Shown one piece after another: positions 24,801 through 37,469 of a DNA stretch of 64,000 nucleotides; positions within the stretch are counted from its first letter, which is position 1; the number at the start of each line of letters is the position of its first letter. The notes below the pieces were generated by a model that searched no databases, had not been told where the DNA came from, and was given only the letters and a program-made list of their open reading frames with translations. The translations under genes and the position numbers were made by a program. This DNA is from Ptychomitrium polyphyllum (taxonomy: Eukaryota), in NCBI GenBank assembly GCA_973851085.1, contig OZ316776.1, forward strand, positions 13,392,001 to 13,456,000, in the 5' to 3' direction.

Positions 24801-25964
24801 CCTCTCCCAGCTGTGGGCATGGCCATGCCAAATTATTCTGGCCAACCACAATACGGGTTTCCTAACTCTGAAGTTACTTGGTATGCATCAAGTTTGCACC
24901 CCTTGTAATCTGGTTCTATGTAATTTAGGCTGATCGGTTCCTTACGTGCTCAGAATATCTATTCAGTTAAAATTTTCAATCTCTTACAACGGGTAGTTTG
25001 TTGTGGCCTTCCAGTCGTTTTTTCAAGGCAATATTTGCTAAGTAAGGTTTTATTTGTCTGTCTTGAGCAGGATACCAGTACTGGCTGGAGGTGGAACAAT
25101 AGGTGCTGGTTACGCAGCACCTTACATGACCATGGAGGGCACACCTTCTCCAATGTATTTCAGCCAGCCAGCCACACAGCCGCCCTCCTTCCGTCCTGCT
25201 GGGTGAGTTTCTTATGTGGGAATAGGCCTTGTTAACTGGGTCAAGAAGGCTCGCTTGGTATTGGTAATAAACTCATTGCACGGTGAGTTGGACGGTCTTG
25301 AGTTACTAGGCAATTCTGTTTGCTAATTTTGGCCGTTCGCATAAGATTGGCTACAGTAATGTAATTTGTGGAAAACTTGTTTGATGTCTTCACAGAAACA
25401 GTGCAACGCCAAGTGGGTTGTGGAAACCGCCCCCCAATCAAGGTTATTATGCCGCCTAAACATTCAATTTACTGTCAATGTATGCGAGTGAACTTGAGTA
25501 ACTGTTATACACTCACATGCCGTTTTGTTCCTATATATATTGTACATCAGTATGAGGTATAACAAAACCACATCGATTTTGATGAAATCTAGATGAAGTA
25601 CTCTCAAACTGTGCATCTGTCATTACGATCAAGTTGGTTTCTGGCAGAATCTTTACAAGTTTTTTGTTCCATTGTGCAGAACTTGGCCCTGACGAGTTTG
25701 GACATCGCCAAAGTAAACCACGCAGGTTTGTGTCCATCCAGGTTTTTTTATGTTACTCTCTATATGTTACTGGGAAATATGTTAACCGTTTCATGTAGTC
25801 CTGTTCACCTTTTGATATCTTAAAAGTACTTTGAGTTGTAAGAAATACTAGAAATTGTTTGACCAATTTCAACTTGAATTTTCCTGTGGTTCTTTCATTG
25901 ATTTATGTTGATAATGGATTGTTTGGTTACGAGCAGATATTCAGAGATGAATTTTGGGCAGTGA
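21868..25964 (+). CDS. CASC3: CASC3/MLN51/Barentsz exon-junction-complex core protein, ~618 aa, 8 exons
   Basis: Exons (+): 21868-22358, 22991-23649, 24234-24569, 24763-24880, 25071-25202, 25396-25442, 25680-25725, 25937-25964. RRREASDDEE; Btz/SELOR motif EPFVVPTAGAFYMHDDRF...RKLWEAKDEKPWVHDLFEE; SLNSASPPFFPS; plant-type C-terminus KPRRYSEMNFGQ*. Confidence 0.95.
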
Positions 25965-27520
25965 AGCTCTGGCAGAAGAATTGGCAGAAGACATTGCACA
26001 CTTTTCCATGTATTCTGGAATGTGATTATAGAAATGTTGTGATTTGATACATCATGTTCCAAATTTCCTTGAGCTCGGTTTTGGAGTAGTTGCAAGAAAT
26101 TGGATGGCCTCAAAGTGCCAAAAAGAGGCTGTAAATGACATGAGTTGCGTGCTCTTTATTTTTGGCAGCTAGGACATTCTGGCAAATATTATTCAGGGCC
26201 TGTGGTTGTCGTTTTTATGTACCGCTAGGCAGGATTGGTGGCAAAAGAGAGTGCTCATTCACTCTGGGTTCACGTCCTAGTGATGGCGATGTAACTCGCT
26301 TCTTATTAAGCGCCTCAGTTCAACTCATGTTTGGTGTGAGGAATTTCTGACCTCTTGAGTCCTAGGATATGTGCAGTTGAGTACAAGTTGCAATTAAAGT
26401 AGATGCACTGCAGAGCAGGCCCGTTGGGCGACCATTTTGTAGTTTGTGGAACTGATTTACTACTTTGACCATCAGATTTACTACTTTGGCATCAGATTTT
26501 TCCAACAGTTTTCCAAGAGAGTCGAGATGATAGAAAGTGCATAAGACATTGTTGATGATTACCTTAAATGGGATGCATGTTAGTGTGCACATGGTGTTAT
26601 AAGTTTAAGAGTCGGTGCTGACGAAGGGTACACTAGTGCTGGAGTGAACACGAAGTACAGTGGAAAGTTTTGGCAAGTTACTCCTTGAATGTGTAGGAAT
26701 GAGTCCCACTCTGTGTATTCTGAGGCTCCTGGGGATCAGCTGGAATGTGCGTTGGTCATTCTTATTGCTTGCTCCTGTATGCCCGTATTGTCATGTCTCT
26801 GTTGATAGGATCTTCCTTTAGCGTTTCTTTTTTCTTTTTTTTCTAGAACTTGTGCTTTGATATTAGAAGGCAAGAATATTGGAAACAGAGAATGAAGGTT
26901 TATTGACGCGCTCAAATCACCTCAACTTTATGTTCCTAAAGTTCTTTTATGTTTGTAACGTAAAAAATATTATTGAATAAGACATTTTTCAATGTCTCAA
27001 TTAACCCATTTTTGGTAGTGTTTGTTTATTTTAAACATTGATCTCACTGCTGGATTGAATTAAGGTGTTTAGAGTATATAGTAGATTCTACAATGCACCT
27101 CCAAAAAAATTTAATCCAATCGGAGATGTAATGTAAATTTTATGCTTATTAGAAGCTGGGAACATTGGACACACAAAGTTGATTTGATGTTAATTGAAGC
27201 CCTCAAATCACAGAAACCCTAAACTACAGCCCCAAATCCAGCCCCTTAAGCCCCGCTGATAGCCGAGTTACATGGGTGCTTCTTCTGTCACTGTTGGACT
27301 CCAGGTGAACCCTCTCATTATCCCAAAATAATGGAACGTTGTTAACAGTTTAAACGAAGGCAAGATTGAAATATGCCAAGTTAAAACTACATGTGAAACA
27401 CGAATGAGAAATCTTGTACACCTAACAAATCTTCATTAGGAAATCGTTCTTGAAGCTCAAGCATGTCGAGCCTGCATACTAATCGCCAATAGTGGATGTC
27501 TTGCGGATGAATGGTAAATC

Positions 27521-29851
27521 TCACTTCTTGCTGGATCTGATCGCTTTGCGAAGTTTGACACCAAGTTGCGATGCTGTTAGGTCTGCTACCTCCACCTACA
27601 CAATACATAATTATTTAGGATAAAATCATTACATCAATCATTCCATGATGTGCCCACATGTGAAATCCCTCACTGGCAAGCATTGTTGGGTAGGACGAAG
27701 CAGGTAATTTAAGGAAGAACCTTCATCTGCATCGCGTGCCCTATCTGTTGCAAGTCCGACACCTTTTTCTTCAGTCCCAAATACTCCATCACCGAAGGCT
27801 TCTTCTCACCTTTTGATTCGTCCCGTTCCTTGATAGCCTCTCTATATGCGTCTCGTGCTTTCGCCTGCATGCTCAGCAACGGTTACCCACCATCATGATG
27901 CTGCTGATGCAAGACTAGTGACGAATACGTTTCATCATCTGATCCTACACATCTACTTCAATATGCTTAACTAGCATATCCAGCAATTACAAGCTTACCC
28001 TTGTCTCTAAGGCCTTCGCCATGTCCTCCTTGACGCGGAGAAGCTGAGGTTTTCTTTCAAGTATTGTTGCGTTTATAATCTCATACTGTTCAGAAAGCAA
28101 GCCTAGTTGGTGTTGAGCCTTCTCCAATGCCTGAACTTTGGGTTGTACATCGAGGATGCCAGGATTAGAACAATATACTTCAGCATACTGCAACAATATT
28201 ACTACAGAGACAATTGGTTGCACAATTAGCAGCAGACTCACAGAGGGTCGGGATTAGAACACCTTTTCAGTTTTGATGTTCTCTCCTTTCAACCGGAAGA
28301 CCTCTTTATCACGATCACGAAGACGACCCTCAAGTTGCTGCTTCTGAATTGCCAATTGATCAAAATCCACTGCATGGAGTACGTCTGACAGATCTTTCTT
28401 AATCTCCAGAGCTGCCTCGGTTTTAGCAATATTTCCGTGGAGGGTTGCGTTACGCTCCCGAAGCTTCTCTATTGTAAACCGAGTGGTCTTGATCCGATCC
28501 TGCAAGAACCTGACTGCCATTTATTTCCAGATGTGAGACAAGAAACATTCACGAAAATACACTATGCGTTTAATCGATTAACAAGAGACAAAGAAAACGC
28601 CCAAAGAGGAGAAATGGATAGAGTTTGGAAAAACAAAGAAACTTACTTTAACACATGCTCAGAACTGGCAACTTTTGCACCCCTCTCTGCTTGTTCTGCC
28701 AGGACTTCTCGGCGAAAATTCCCGATGTCTCTTCGTATTTCACCAATTCGCAAGTCAGCTTCATCACACGCTGCCTGAAGTTCATCCAACATGCGCTCAC
28801 TTTCTTGCCTGCAGTACTCACAAAATTCTAGAAATCTTGATGCTGTGCAAAACTACGCCAATGATTTTACATTCACATAGATCTAACTCTCACTAAAAAC
28901 AAATTTCAATCCGATGCCTCCTCGCCACCTTCCACCGGCATAACAAGCATGTCTGCTTTAAAGAATATTCCGCTTGAGTTAGAACGAGATAAATGAGCTT
29001 GTCTAGTGAAAACTCTCACCGATAAATGTTCATCTGATCTTGAATGGACTTGGTTTCTGCCACTGCTATGTCACATCGTTCCTCCATGCTCAACCCCCGT
29101 TCCATCTCATGGGCACCGCGCATCCAAGAAGGGCGGTAGGCACCCGACTCCCGGTGACCGTCAGAGCTTGGAGAAGGGATGTTGTAGGACATGCATGAAG
29201 AAGAAATGCGACCTCCGAGTGGGTTAAACCCAGCGTTCTCCTCCACCTCCTCATACACTTCGTCAAGCTCCTCCAAGGAGTCCAGACTTTGGACTTGCAT
29301 GTTGTCTCCGCTCCCCGACCGCATCATAAGCCTCTGCAGCATGATGCACTCCCCTCCGCGCCCGTAAGTAGTGGTCCAAATTTCTGACAAAATCGAGGGA
29401 CCTATGTCCTCTTCTATTTGAAACCCATCTGGTTTCAAGATTAATGGCAAGCATCCAAAACTGGATCTAGGCCAGGGAGTTGAAGACCAGATGTCACCGT
29501 CATTCCACAAAAAGCACTCTAAGCCCACGCACTGTGTACGCGGGGCAACGCTTCAAATTCCGTAAACGGGAAACCATATTTGAATTTACTTGTATCGATA
29601 GTTGCAGAACTCCTGATAACTTGCCCACAAATTCGAAGAGAAGTTTACTACAGAGGAAAGGAGTATAATACCATGAGGTGCTCGGACAGCAAGCTGTTCT
29701 CCAAGTCGACATGATCCTTCAAAGTTATCACAGCATCCAGTGCCGCACGAGCGGCATCCACATCCGGCACAGGCTCCAGGGCAGGCTTTGACTCCTTTTC
29801 GTCACCACCCAATTCTGCCATGACCTCCTCATCCTCGTCCTCCTCGGCCAT
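27521..29851 (-). CDS. CCDC113: Flagellar coiled-coil protein CCDC113/CFAP263 (DUF4201 family), ~417 aa, 7 exons
   Basis: Exons (-): 29851-29672, 29333-29020, 28808-28647, 28509-28263, 28130-27999, 27864-27721, 27595-27521; frame-consistent. Colinear with CCDC113 motifs as I recall them: LENSLLSEHL, LSMEERCDIA, CDEADLRIGEIRRD, IEKLRERNATL, DVLHAVDFDQLAIQ, PSVMEYL, KVEVAD. Paralogue CCDC96 not formally excluded. Confidence 0.85.
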
Positions 29852-30383
29852 GATGGTGTGCGTTCACTCGAACTACCGCCACGAGAACCCAGCGAGGAAT
29901 GGCGAAAGCAGAAACGAGGAAAGGGGAGAATAGACTTGGGTGATGGAGAAGAAGCGGGATTCGCATGACCAGAGACTAGAGAAGAGAAAACCAGAGAGAC
30001 AGGGGGCTGAGTAACCACCTGTGCAACCATGCCTGCCCCTGGGAAGCGACGGAGAAACGAACGAAAGGAGGCGCCTTGGGACGAATATGGCGCGGGTGCG
30101 TTCGTCCGTCGTGGCGAGTTGAGATATGGGCAGGGCGGCTTTTTATCCACAAGAAAGAAGGGAAGGAGGGCTCCAGTGCTGCGCTGCCACTCGGGCCGCG
30201 GGGCTGCTCGTGCTTCTGCTGCGAGTGCAATCTTTTTGTTGCGACCCAACAGTCTCCCATGACTTGACAATTGCCTGAGTTGCATCAGCACTTGACACTC
30301 CTCTGTTCGTCTCGTGTCTCTTTCTCTCTCCCTGGAGTTCGCGTTCATCTGTGTTGTTGTTGTTTCTTCTGTGACCAGTAGCC

Positions 30384-30968
30384 ATGGCGTCCACATTGCA
30401 CCTCTCCTTGGTGTTCCACTCGCCATGTTCGCTCACCCCGACCCATTCCCTCCTGCCCAATACGTCCTCCTCGCCTCGCAATGGAGTAAGCGCTCCATGC
30501 CTGCCCCGCCACGCATCGCCGGCGGTGTCGTGCTCCGCCTGGTCTGAGCAATCTGACATCGCCCCGGCTACCGCCGTGTCGCGGCGTCAGCTGTCCGTTG
30601 CGACATTGCTCGTGTCCACGTTCGGCGCCGTGGGAGGCGCCCTAGCGGATGCCGATGAGGATTACAAACGCGAGACGAACGACGTGATCGACCAGGTGCG
30701 CTCGACGTTGGCATTGGACAAGACAGACCCCAACAAAGCCGAGGCAGTGGCCAAGCTGCGGCAGGCCGGGAACGAGTGGGTGGCCAAGTATCGCAAATCC
30801 AAGAAGGTGGCGGGCAAGCCGTCGTTCAGCAACATGTACTCCGTCATCAACGCAATCAGCGGCCACTTCGTCAGCTTTGGCGCTACTTACCCCATCCCGG
30901 CCAAGCGCAAGGACCGCATCCTCGACGAGGTCAAGGACGCCGAGAAGGCGCTCAGCCGCGGCCGGTAG
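30384..30968 (+). CDS. PSB27: Photosystem II assembly/repair factor PSB27-H1, thylakoid lumen, intronless, 194 aa
   Basis: Ser/Pro-rich transit peptide, Tat signal SRRQL...ALA, mature domain DEDYKRETNDVI...NEWVAKYR...SFSNMYSVINAISGHF..FG...PIPAKRKDRILDE..AEKALSRGR. Confidence 0.97.
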   Translation: MASTLHLSLVFHSPCSLTPTHSLLPNTSSSPRNGVSAPCLPRHASPAVSCSAWSEQSDIAPATAVSRRQLSVATLLVSTFGAVGGALADADEDYKRETNDVIDQVRSTLALDKTDPNKAEAVAKLRQAGNEWVAKYRKSKKVAGKPSFSNMYSVINAISGHFVSFGATYPIPAKRKDRILDEVKDAEKALSRGR

Positions 30969-32149
30969 AATCATTACATCGAATGCAGGTACCCCTGAAT
31001 TGAATTGTGTTGATGAGCGCGTGTTGCATCACTTCTTCTGCTACTGCTGCACCACCCTCCTGCATCACAAATTCTTCTTCCAGACCCCTGTTCTAGTAGT
31101 GCTCTTCTGCCACTTGCTCTTCTGTTCCTATTTCAATTTTGACGATGGAGACACTATTGGCCGTTCCCTCCCTCATCTGTCTCGAGTAGCAGCGACGATG
31201 GCGGTGATGATGAGTAAGTGAAGGCGTATGCATGCCTGACGTAGTGATTTAATTAATGTTAGATGTTGGACAAATCCCATTTAATTGGCCGTGTGGAGTT
31301 GTAAAGCATTTTGTGTGTTGTAGTGTAATTGCCTTCTCACGAAGCAGCTCCGTCGAGCACTGATTCAACGAGGCTCACGATGAGCGTTGTACTAGTGCTG
31401 TATCAATACCATGCGGTGGTGCCAGTGGGGCCGCATTGTCTCCCCTTCGAATGCGCCATCGCCCTTTGTAATTCACTAGCTCATTCACTCTCCTCTCCCC
31501 CTCTCCTTCTCTGCTGCACTCCATCCTTGTTGAGTGAGTGACGTCTGTCTTTCTATGTTGTTGTTTGTGCTGCTGCTTTGTCAGTTGATTTTCAATACGA
31601 TTGACTACTGTATTATCCCTCCTTCTTTAGTTCGGAACTGTGATGGCCGAGTCCTACTCCTTGGAGTACTCACACACCATCCCAGCCGGGCACATTTGTA
31701 ATTACATCGACTTGATGATACTCTATGATGCTACTAGGTCATGTGGATCCACACTTCCACTGTGACCAGTTTTGTTTTCCTCTTGTGTATCATTTTAGGA
31801 AGGAGTAAGTGCCGGCCCTAGGACTTTTCACTCAGCTCGAAAGCCTTTTAGTAGAAAAACGCAGCTCTCACTTGCCATAATTATGGCCACTGCACACTTT
31901 ATTGGTTGAAGCCATTAATTATCTCACTTACTCTGAATACAAAAAAACAATATCAAATACAAGATATGAAGCATACTATAAACTATACTAATTTGACAAT
32001 TTTGAATTATGAGGATGGGTAACTGGCTTCAAACTGCTGAGGCAAGTGAGATAGGAATCTACAAGAGAAAAGCTAGGAGAGGAGAGGCGATTGTAGCTGG
32101 ATAGAGAGGTAATCCTCCCCATCTTCATACACAAGCACCACATAAATAT

Positions 32150-35100
32150 AAAAGAGCTTTTCCATTGTTTTTCTATTACCTATAGACAATCTTTTTATTA
32201 ATCAAATTTTTAAATGAATTAAAAGAACATTATTTTTATGTGTTTAAGGCTTCTAAGCAATTCTAATATTTTTAATTAATATAATTTTTACAACTTTGAC
32301 TTCAATTTAGAGTTAGACAATTGAAGACTATAAAACATTAGTAATTATCCATCAATATAGTTTTCACAACAATGTAGAAGCTCATCATTTGTATATTCTT
32401 TTATGAAACTTGAAACACTAATGTTCAAACCATCATAATATGGAAATTTAAACGTAGTAATTTTGAATATTAATCTTGGACAAAATATTAGATTATACAT
32501 TTATTAAATTGCTTTAATCATCACTTCAAAATATTTTTAATACTTACATGTGGTAATAAAACATGTCATGTAAGTACAATTATTTCTTAAAAAGACAAAA
32601 AAATACACAATGATCAAAAAAAGTACTTTTTATTTACATCATTTCTTTTAAAAGAATTAAATTCTTTCTTTTTTTGATTACATCTATTGAAGGTCTTAAA
32701 GGGATTTACTTTGTAAAATTCATTACAAAATGTAAATTTGTTGTTACATACAAAAAATGGTTCTAAATATTAAAATTAGTTAGAAATGATTTTGGAAGAA
32801 TTTAACTCTAATGCCAAATTGTTTTCCTTATTGTATATCAAAGAACAAAGCTCTATAGACATAACAATTACACATCATTCTTGTAATGACATGTCATTTC
32901 ATATCCTTTGTTATATATTTCTATGTAAGTAATATTTCATTCTTTAAATAAAATATGTACATTTTTGCATATAGTTTTATTATATTGGTGAATAACTTCA
33001 TTTAAATCTTAATAAAAATGACAATAGAGCTTGTTCCAATGCAATAACATCTAATGGATAGAACCATTAGAACAAATAGAAACAGATTTTTTAACAAGGT
33101 GTTATAATAAATATTGCGGCAAGTACCAATTAGATATTATAATGGTATTTTGATAGGTATAAAATGGCCTCTTTGGCTTCCAAATTTTTTTAATAATTTT
33201 TCCATTGAAAGCTTTGATATTTAATTTACCAATTGATGCCTTTAAACTTTGTTTACAGAAACCTTCAATGAATTTCTTAAATCCATTAAATTCTTCATAC
33301 TTTGCATTACATTAAAGGGATAAATCTAAGGTGCCAATCAAGGTTCTATAAAATGATTTTTTTAAAAGAAAATTTCCTAAAAAAGACGACTTATTTCCAA
33401 ATGCCAATTCAAAACCAAATTTCTACAAAGAATTTAAGGTTTTATTGTTTCATCATCTTGTTGTCACCACAAATGACATGGTTAATTAAAGAAGCCCATA
33501 ACAATTGGAACTTGCAACATTTATGTAAATCAATGGCATCTTTTATTAATCCTTACAACTCCCTTGTAAATCACCTTCAAAATTGCAACTTTTTAATTCA
33601 AATCCTATTACATATGAGACCACCTTGATTGTTCACTTAAAAAAAAACAAAGACATATTCTTAGTTAGAAAAGTAATAGGAACAATGGTGGTCCTGCTTA
33701 TCTTTAGATTATGCGGGCTATAGAAACATGAATCATGCAACATAATCTTTAGAACGTTCTATAATCTTTTGGTACATTGTAATAGTTTCTTAGAATATTT
33801 TCAATGCTTCTATAACCATTCCACCTCCTTGAGAAACTTCTTAAGAAGATTCTATAAATTTCTAAAACATTCTTAAGCTTTATAGAAAACTTTTTTAAAA
33901 ATATCCTAAGAAATATAAGCTTCATAGTATAAATAGGAAGCAAGACAAGGTATATCTTAGTCTTGCCAACACAAGTTGTAGATCATATTGTATTGCATCC
34001 TTGTTCCTATCTTTATATCATTTCTTATTAATCATTAGCGCTTTGAAAGCTAATTCTTAGAAACCATTTCATATTTGCTTCTTATTTCTTGTATTCCTAA
34101 TACTGTTAGTGGTGTTAAAGAACAATTTAACATCCCTTATAATTAAGTTGTTTCAACCTCTGTTCTATAGTGAGAGCATTGATAGCTTCCTTATCAACAT
34201 TGGCAGAGGTTATAAGGATATATTGTGAGTAAGCGCATGGAACACTTGTCGATTTACAAAGATATAATATAAATGAAATAAGACATGGTTTACATCAATC
34301 AATTTAAAGTTGACAACTAGTACCACTTCAACAAAATTTAATCCAATCTAAGTACTAATTTTCCTTTGCTAATCCTACTTTTAAGCCAATAATACAACTA
34401 CTCTTCCAAATTCTAATCTTCCTTCACCTTTTCCACATTATAAACAAGCTGCTCAAATTTTAACCCTATGACATTTCCACCTCCATTTCCTTCAAACTCA
34501 ATACCAAATAACTTGTCAAAAATCCTAACTACATGAACAAAGCTTTTCAAGAAACCCTAACTTCATTATGACAAATATTGACAACTATTGGAGATATTGT
34601 GCAAGTACTGAAATTTTAATTTTTTAATACCCAACATAAAAACGTCTTTTGTATCTGTCTTACAGTATTGGTATATTATTACATATATAATATGATGTGC
34701 ATTTTGAATTTTAATAAAAATTAATATGTTCTTCTATATATTGTTGCTTTTTTTTTGGTATTTTTTTAATTGAAATTGATTTGTCTCTTCATCATATATT
34801 ATTATATTATTATATTTCCATGCTTTTTCATCAAAGATATAAGGAATCATTTTGTAACTAAATTTCTTTATACATATATCATCTTTTTATTATAATAGGA
34901 AAAAAATATTATTTTCGAAAAAGATGCTAATTATAAAAAAAAACACATAATAATCACATACAAAATTTCAACAAAATGGTTTTTGATAAATTATTACGTA
35001 AAGCTTTTAAGGCTAGGAACATCAATTTGTATATAAGTGCCATCATTACCTTAATCATATAGATGGCAATTTAAATAATTATAACTAAATTGTAGCTGCT

Positions 35101-36250
35101 TTTAAACATCAAACTATAACTTCAAATAATATTTTTATTTCTTTAAGTCTTTTTAATAAAGACAAAGATTGATGAATTATAAAATCAATTTTTTTTTAAA
35201 CATTACAAAAATTTATCATACAAAATTCAAATATTTAAAAAAACTTATGGTCCAATTACTTGTACAAGAAGACATTATTGAAATTAATTTAAATCAAAGG
35301 AGAGATCACTATACAACACTTAAGAGTTAAAGCTTTGGGTTTTTAATAAAATTAATTCTAAAAGGCAATGATGTATAAACTATAATTATACCTACTTGAA
35401 TCTTTTCAAAATAAAAAGCTAGATACATCACATACAAGTCCAAAAAAGAATTTGTTCATCTAAATATATAAAACAAATAAATAATTAAACAACTAAAGCT
35501 CAATTTTAACATTATACTCATGTAAATTTGTACTAATTATAAATGCTACTTAGTATTCAATTCAACTTTATTTGATTTTATATATACATGATTCGTAAGT
35601 ATATAATTGCTTATAATAAAAATAAATATCATATAAGAATCGTAATTCAAATAACAAGAGATGTATTCAACTATGCTTCTTTTATAAAAATATGGATTTT
35701 AAATTAATTGTTTAACTAAGTAAATTTTTAATAAGAATATATGCATCTATGTCTACTTTTTCAAAATTTTACATTTAATTTAGAGCTTCTAATTGATAAT
35801 TTTGGTTGTATAATGCACCTCAAAAATCACATTCAAAATTCATGAGAGTTTAACCAAAATTCCAAAGAACCTTCTACAAAATAATGGACCTTTGAAAGAT
35901 AATTTGTGCTCGAAGATAATTAGTGCTTGTTTTTATATAGTAAATACCTTATCCCAAAAACTAACACAAAGAAATTGTTTAACTATTTGATGGTAGATTT
36001 TCAATGGAATGTATTTGTTTTTTGTTCAACAAAGTTTATCCCATAATTTCTAATAAGATGTTAATTTTAAAAAACATAAATAATGAAATACAAGAATTTA
36101 TTTATCATCTTTCACGCACACATAACTTTTTATTTCTTTTGCACATGTAACTTTTTGTTTCTTTTGCTAGTTAATCCTATACTATAATTTTAACTGTATT
36201 TCATTTCTTCCATGTAGGTGGCCATAACTTCTTGAAGCATAACATACCAG
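32150..36250. other. AT-rich, CpG-depleted intergenic block (probably decayed transposon DNA)
   Basis: Composition; no credible ORF; contains LTR-like copy 2. Confidence 0.75.
33730..34102 (+). mobile_element. Degenerate LTR-like repeat, copy 2
   Basis: Homologous to 18470-18877. Contains TATAAATAGG and TTCT(A/T)AG-type subrepeats; followed by a weak PBS-like TGGTGTTAAAG (~34110). Boundaries approximate. Confidence 0.6.
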
Positions 36251-36381
36251 TTACAACATGCACACCTTAATGAAATATATACAATGTTATCAACCATGTA
36301 ATGTCACTTGTTACTCATTTGTCATTGATAAAGCTAGGCAAAGCATTTCCCTGTGTTGTTTTCCACAAACAAGCATGCACG

Positions 36382-36483
36382 TGAACTACATCCACTTGAA
36401 CTACATCCACTTGAACTACATCCACTCGAACTACATCCACTTGAACTACATCCACTTGAACTACATCCACTTGAACTACATCC
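36382..36483 (+). repeat. 15-bp minisatellite (TGAACTACATCCACT) x ~6.8
   Basis: Direct read; one T>C variant in the fourth unit. Confidence 0.97.
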
Positions 36484-37469
36484 TTAGGCACATGCTTCTT
36501 TGTGAAAATCAACTAGGGACAATACTTTACCCTGCATTCCCACATCAAAGAGATGGTTCCATTCTCATCCGCATTTCGTTTTACAACTTCAGTATAGAGA
36601 TTGCAGTTCTGATGCATCTCCGACTTGCCACATTGTGGCCTATGTGGCAATTCACAACCGACGCACATCTCATACCTACATGGTAACCTAAGGGATTGTA
36701 CAGAACTTGAATACATTGAAGTGGTCATTCAGTGAGGGCATATGATAATCTTCCTCTGTCAACGCCCGCCAATTATGCCTGACGTTGCAAAATGCACTTC
36801 ATTACCCAGGACACTCATGCGCAGAGATTTTCTTATTATTGAAGCCATCAGAATAACCACAACTATCAAATACAAACCGTGCACTTGTCTCCTATTCGGT
36901 GGTACATGGACTCCCGTTTACTCGTTCGTTTCCGCCATGCAGTACAATCAAATCAGTTTTGAGGCATGCTTGTCGGACCTCAACTTTCTAAGTAGCTGCC
37001 CACCAGAGCGGTTTTCACAGAAATATATGGGCCCAGCACCTGACCCAGGGCATCATCTTTATTTGCCTGATATACCTTCCAAGAAGCCCAGTCTGCCTAA
37101 AGAATTTCACTGCAGAATTGTTTCTCAACCAGTCCTTGGAAGCAGGCTAGTCGGGGAGCCAACTCGAGATCTCCCAAAGCTACTCATAAATATATATTTC
37201 TTGGTCTCAAGGTGTCTTCACAAATTATTTGAGACCTCCATGAGAACTTGGCAAAGACTTGAGGCCAATCTGAACCTCAATGGTGGTTTCAATGCTGTCC
37301 CTCCGACTTCTGCATGCCTAGAAGATGGCTTCGCTAAATAAATCTACAGCTCCAATGCACTGATGTATTTCGTTGAAAGATCCCCTTGGTGGAAAAAAGA
37401 AAGAAAGATATATCATACACAGGAGGGATCAGGGGTAGATGTGAGTGAAGAGAAAATAAAATGCTTCCA

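Noticed and set aside
36537..36548. USE-like TTCCCACATCAA suggesting an snRNA gene
   Set aside because: No TATA box at Pol II or Pol III spacing and no snRNA sequence downstream.
36258..36686. CRISPR-like array or NYIHL-repeat protein
   Set aside because: Head-to-tail 15-mers without spacers in a eukaryotic locus; the ORF stays open only because the unit is a stop-free multiple of three.
36742..37341. 199-aa plus-strand ORF
   Set aside because: Antisense to the presumed WDR20 3'UTR, no recognisable domain or splice structure; unsupported without expression data.
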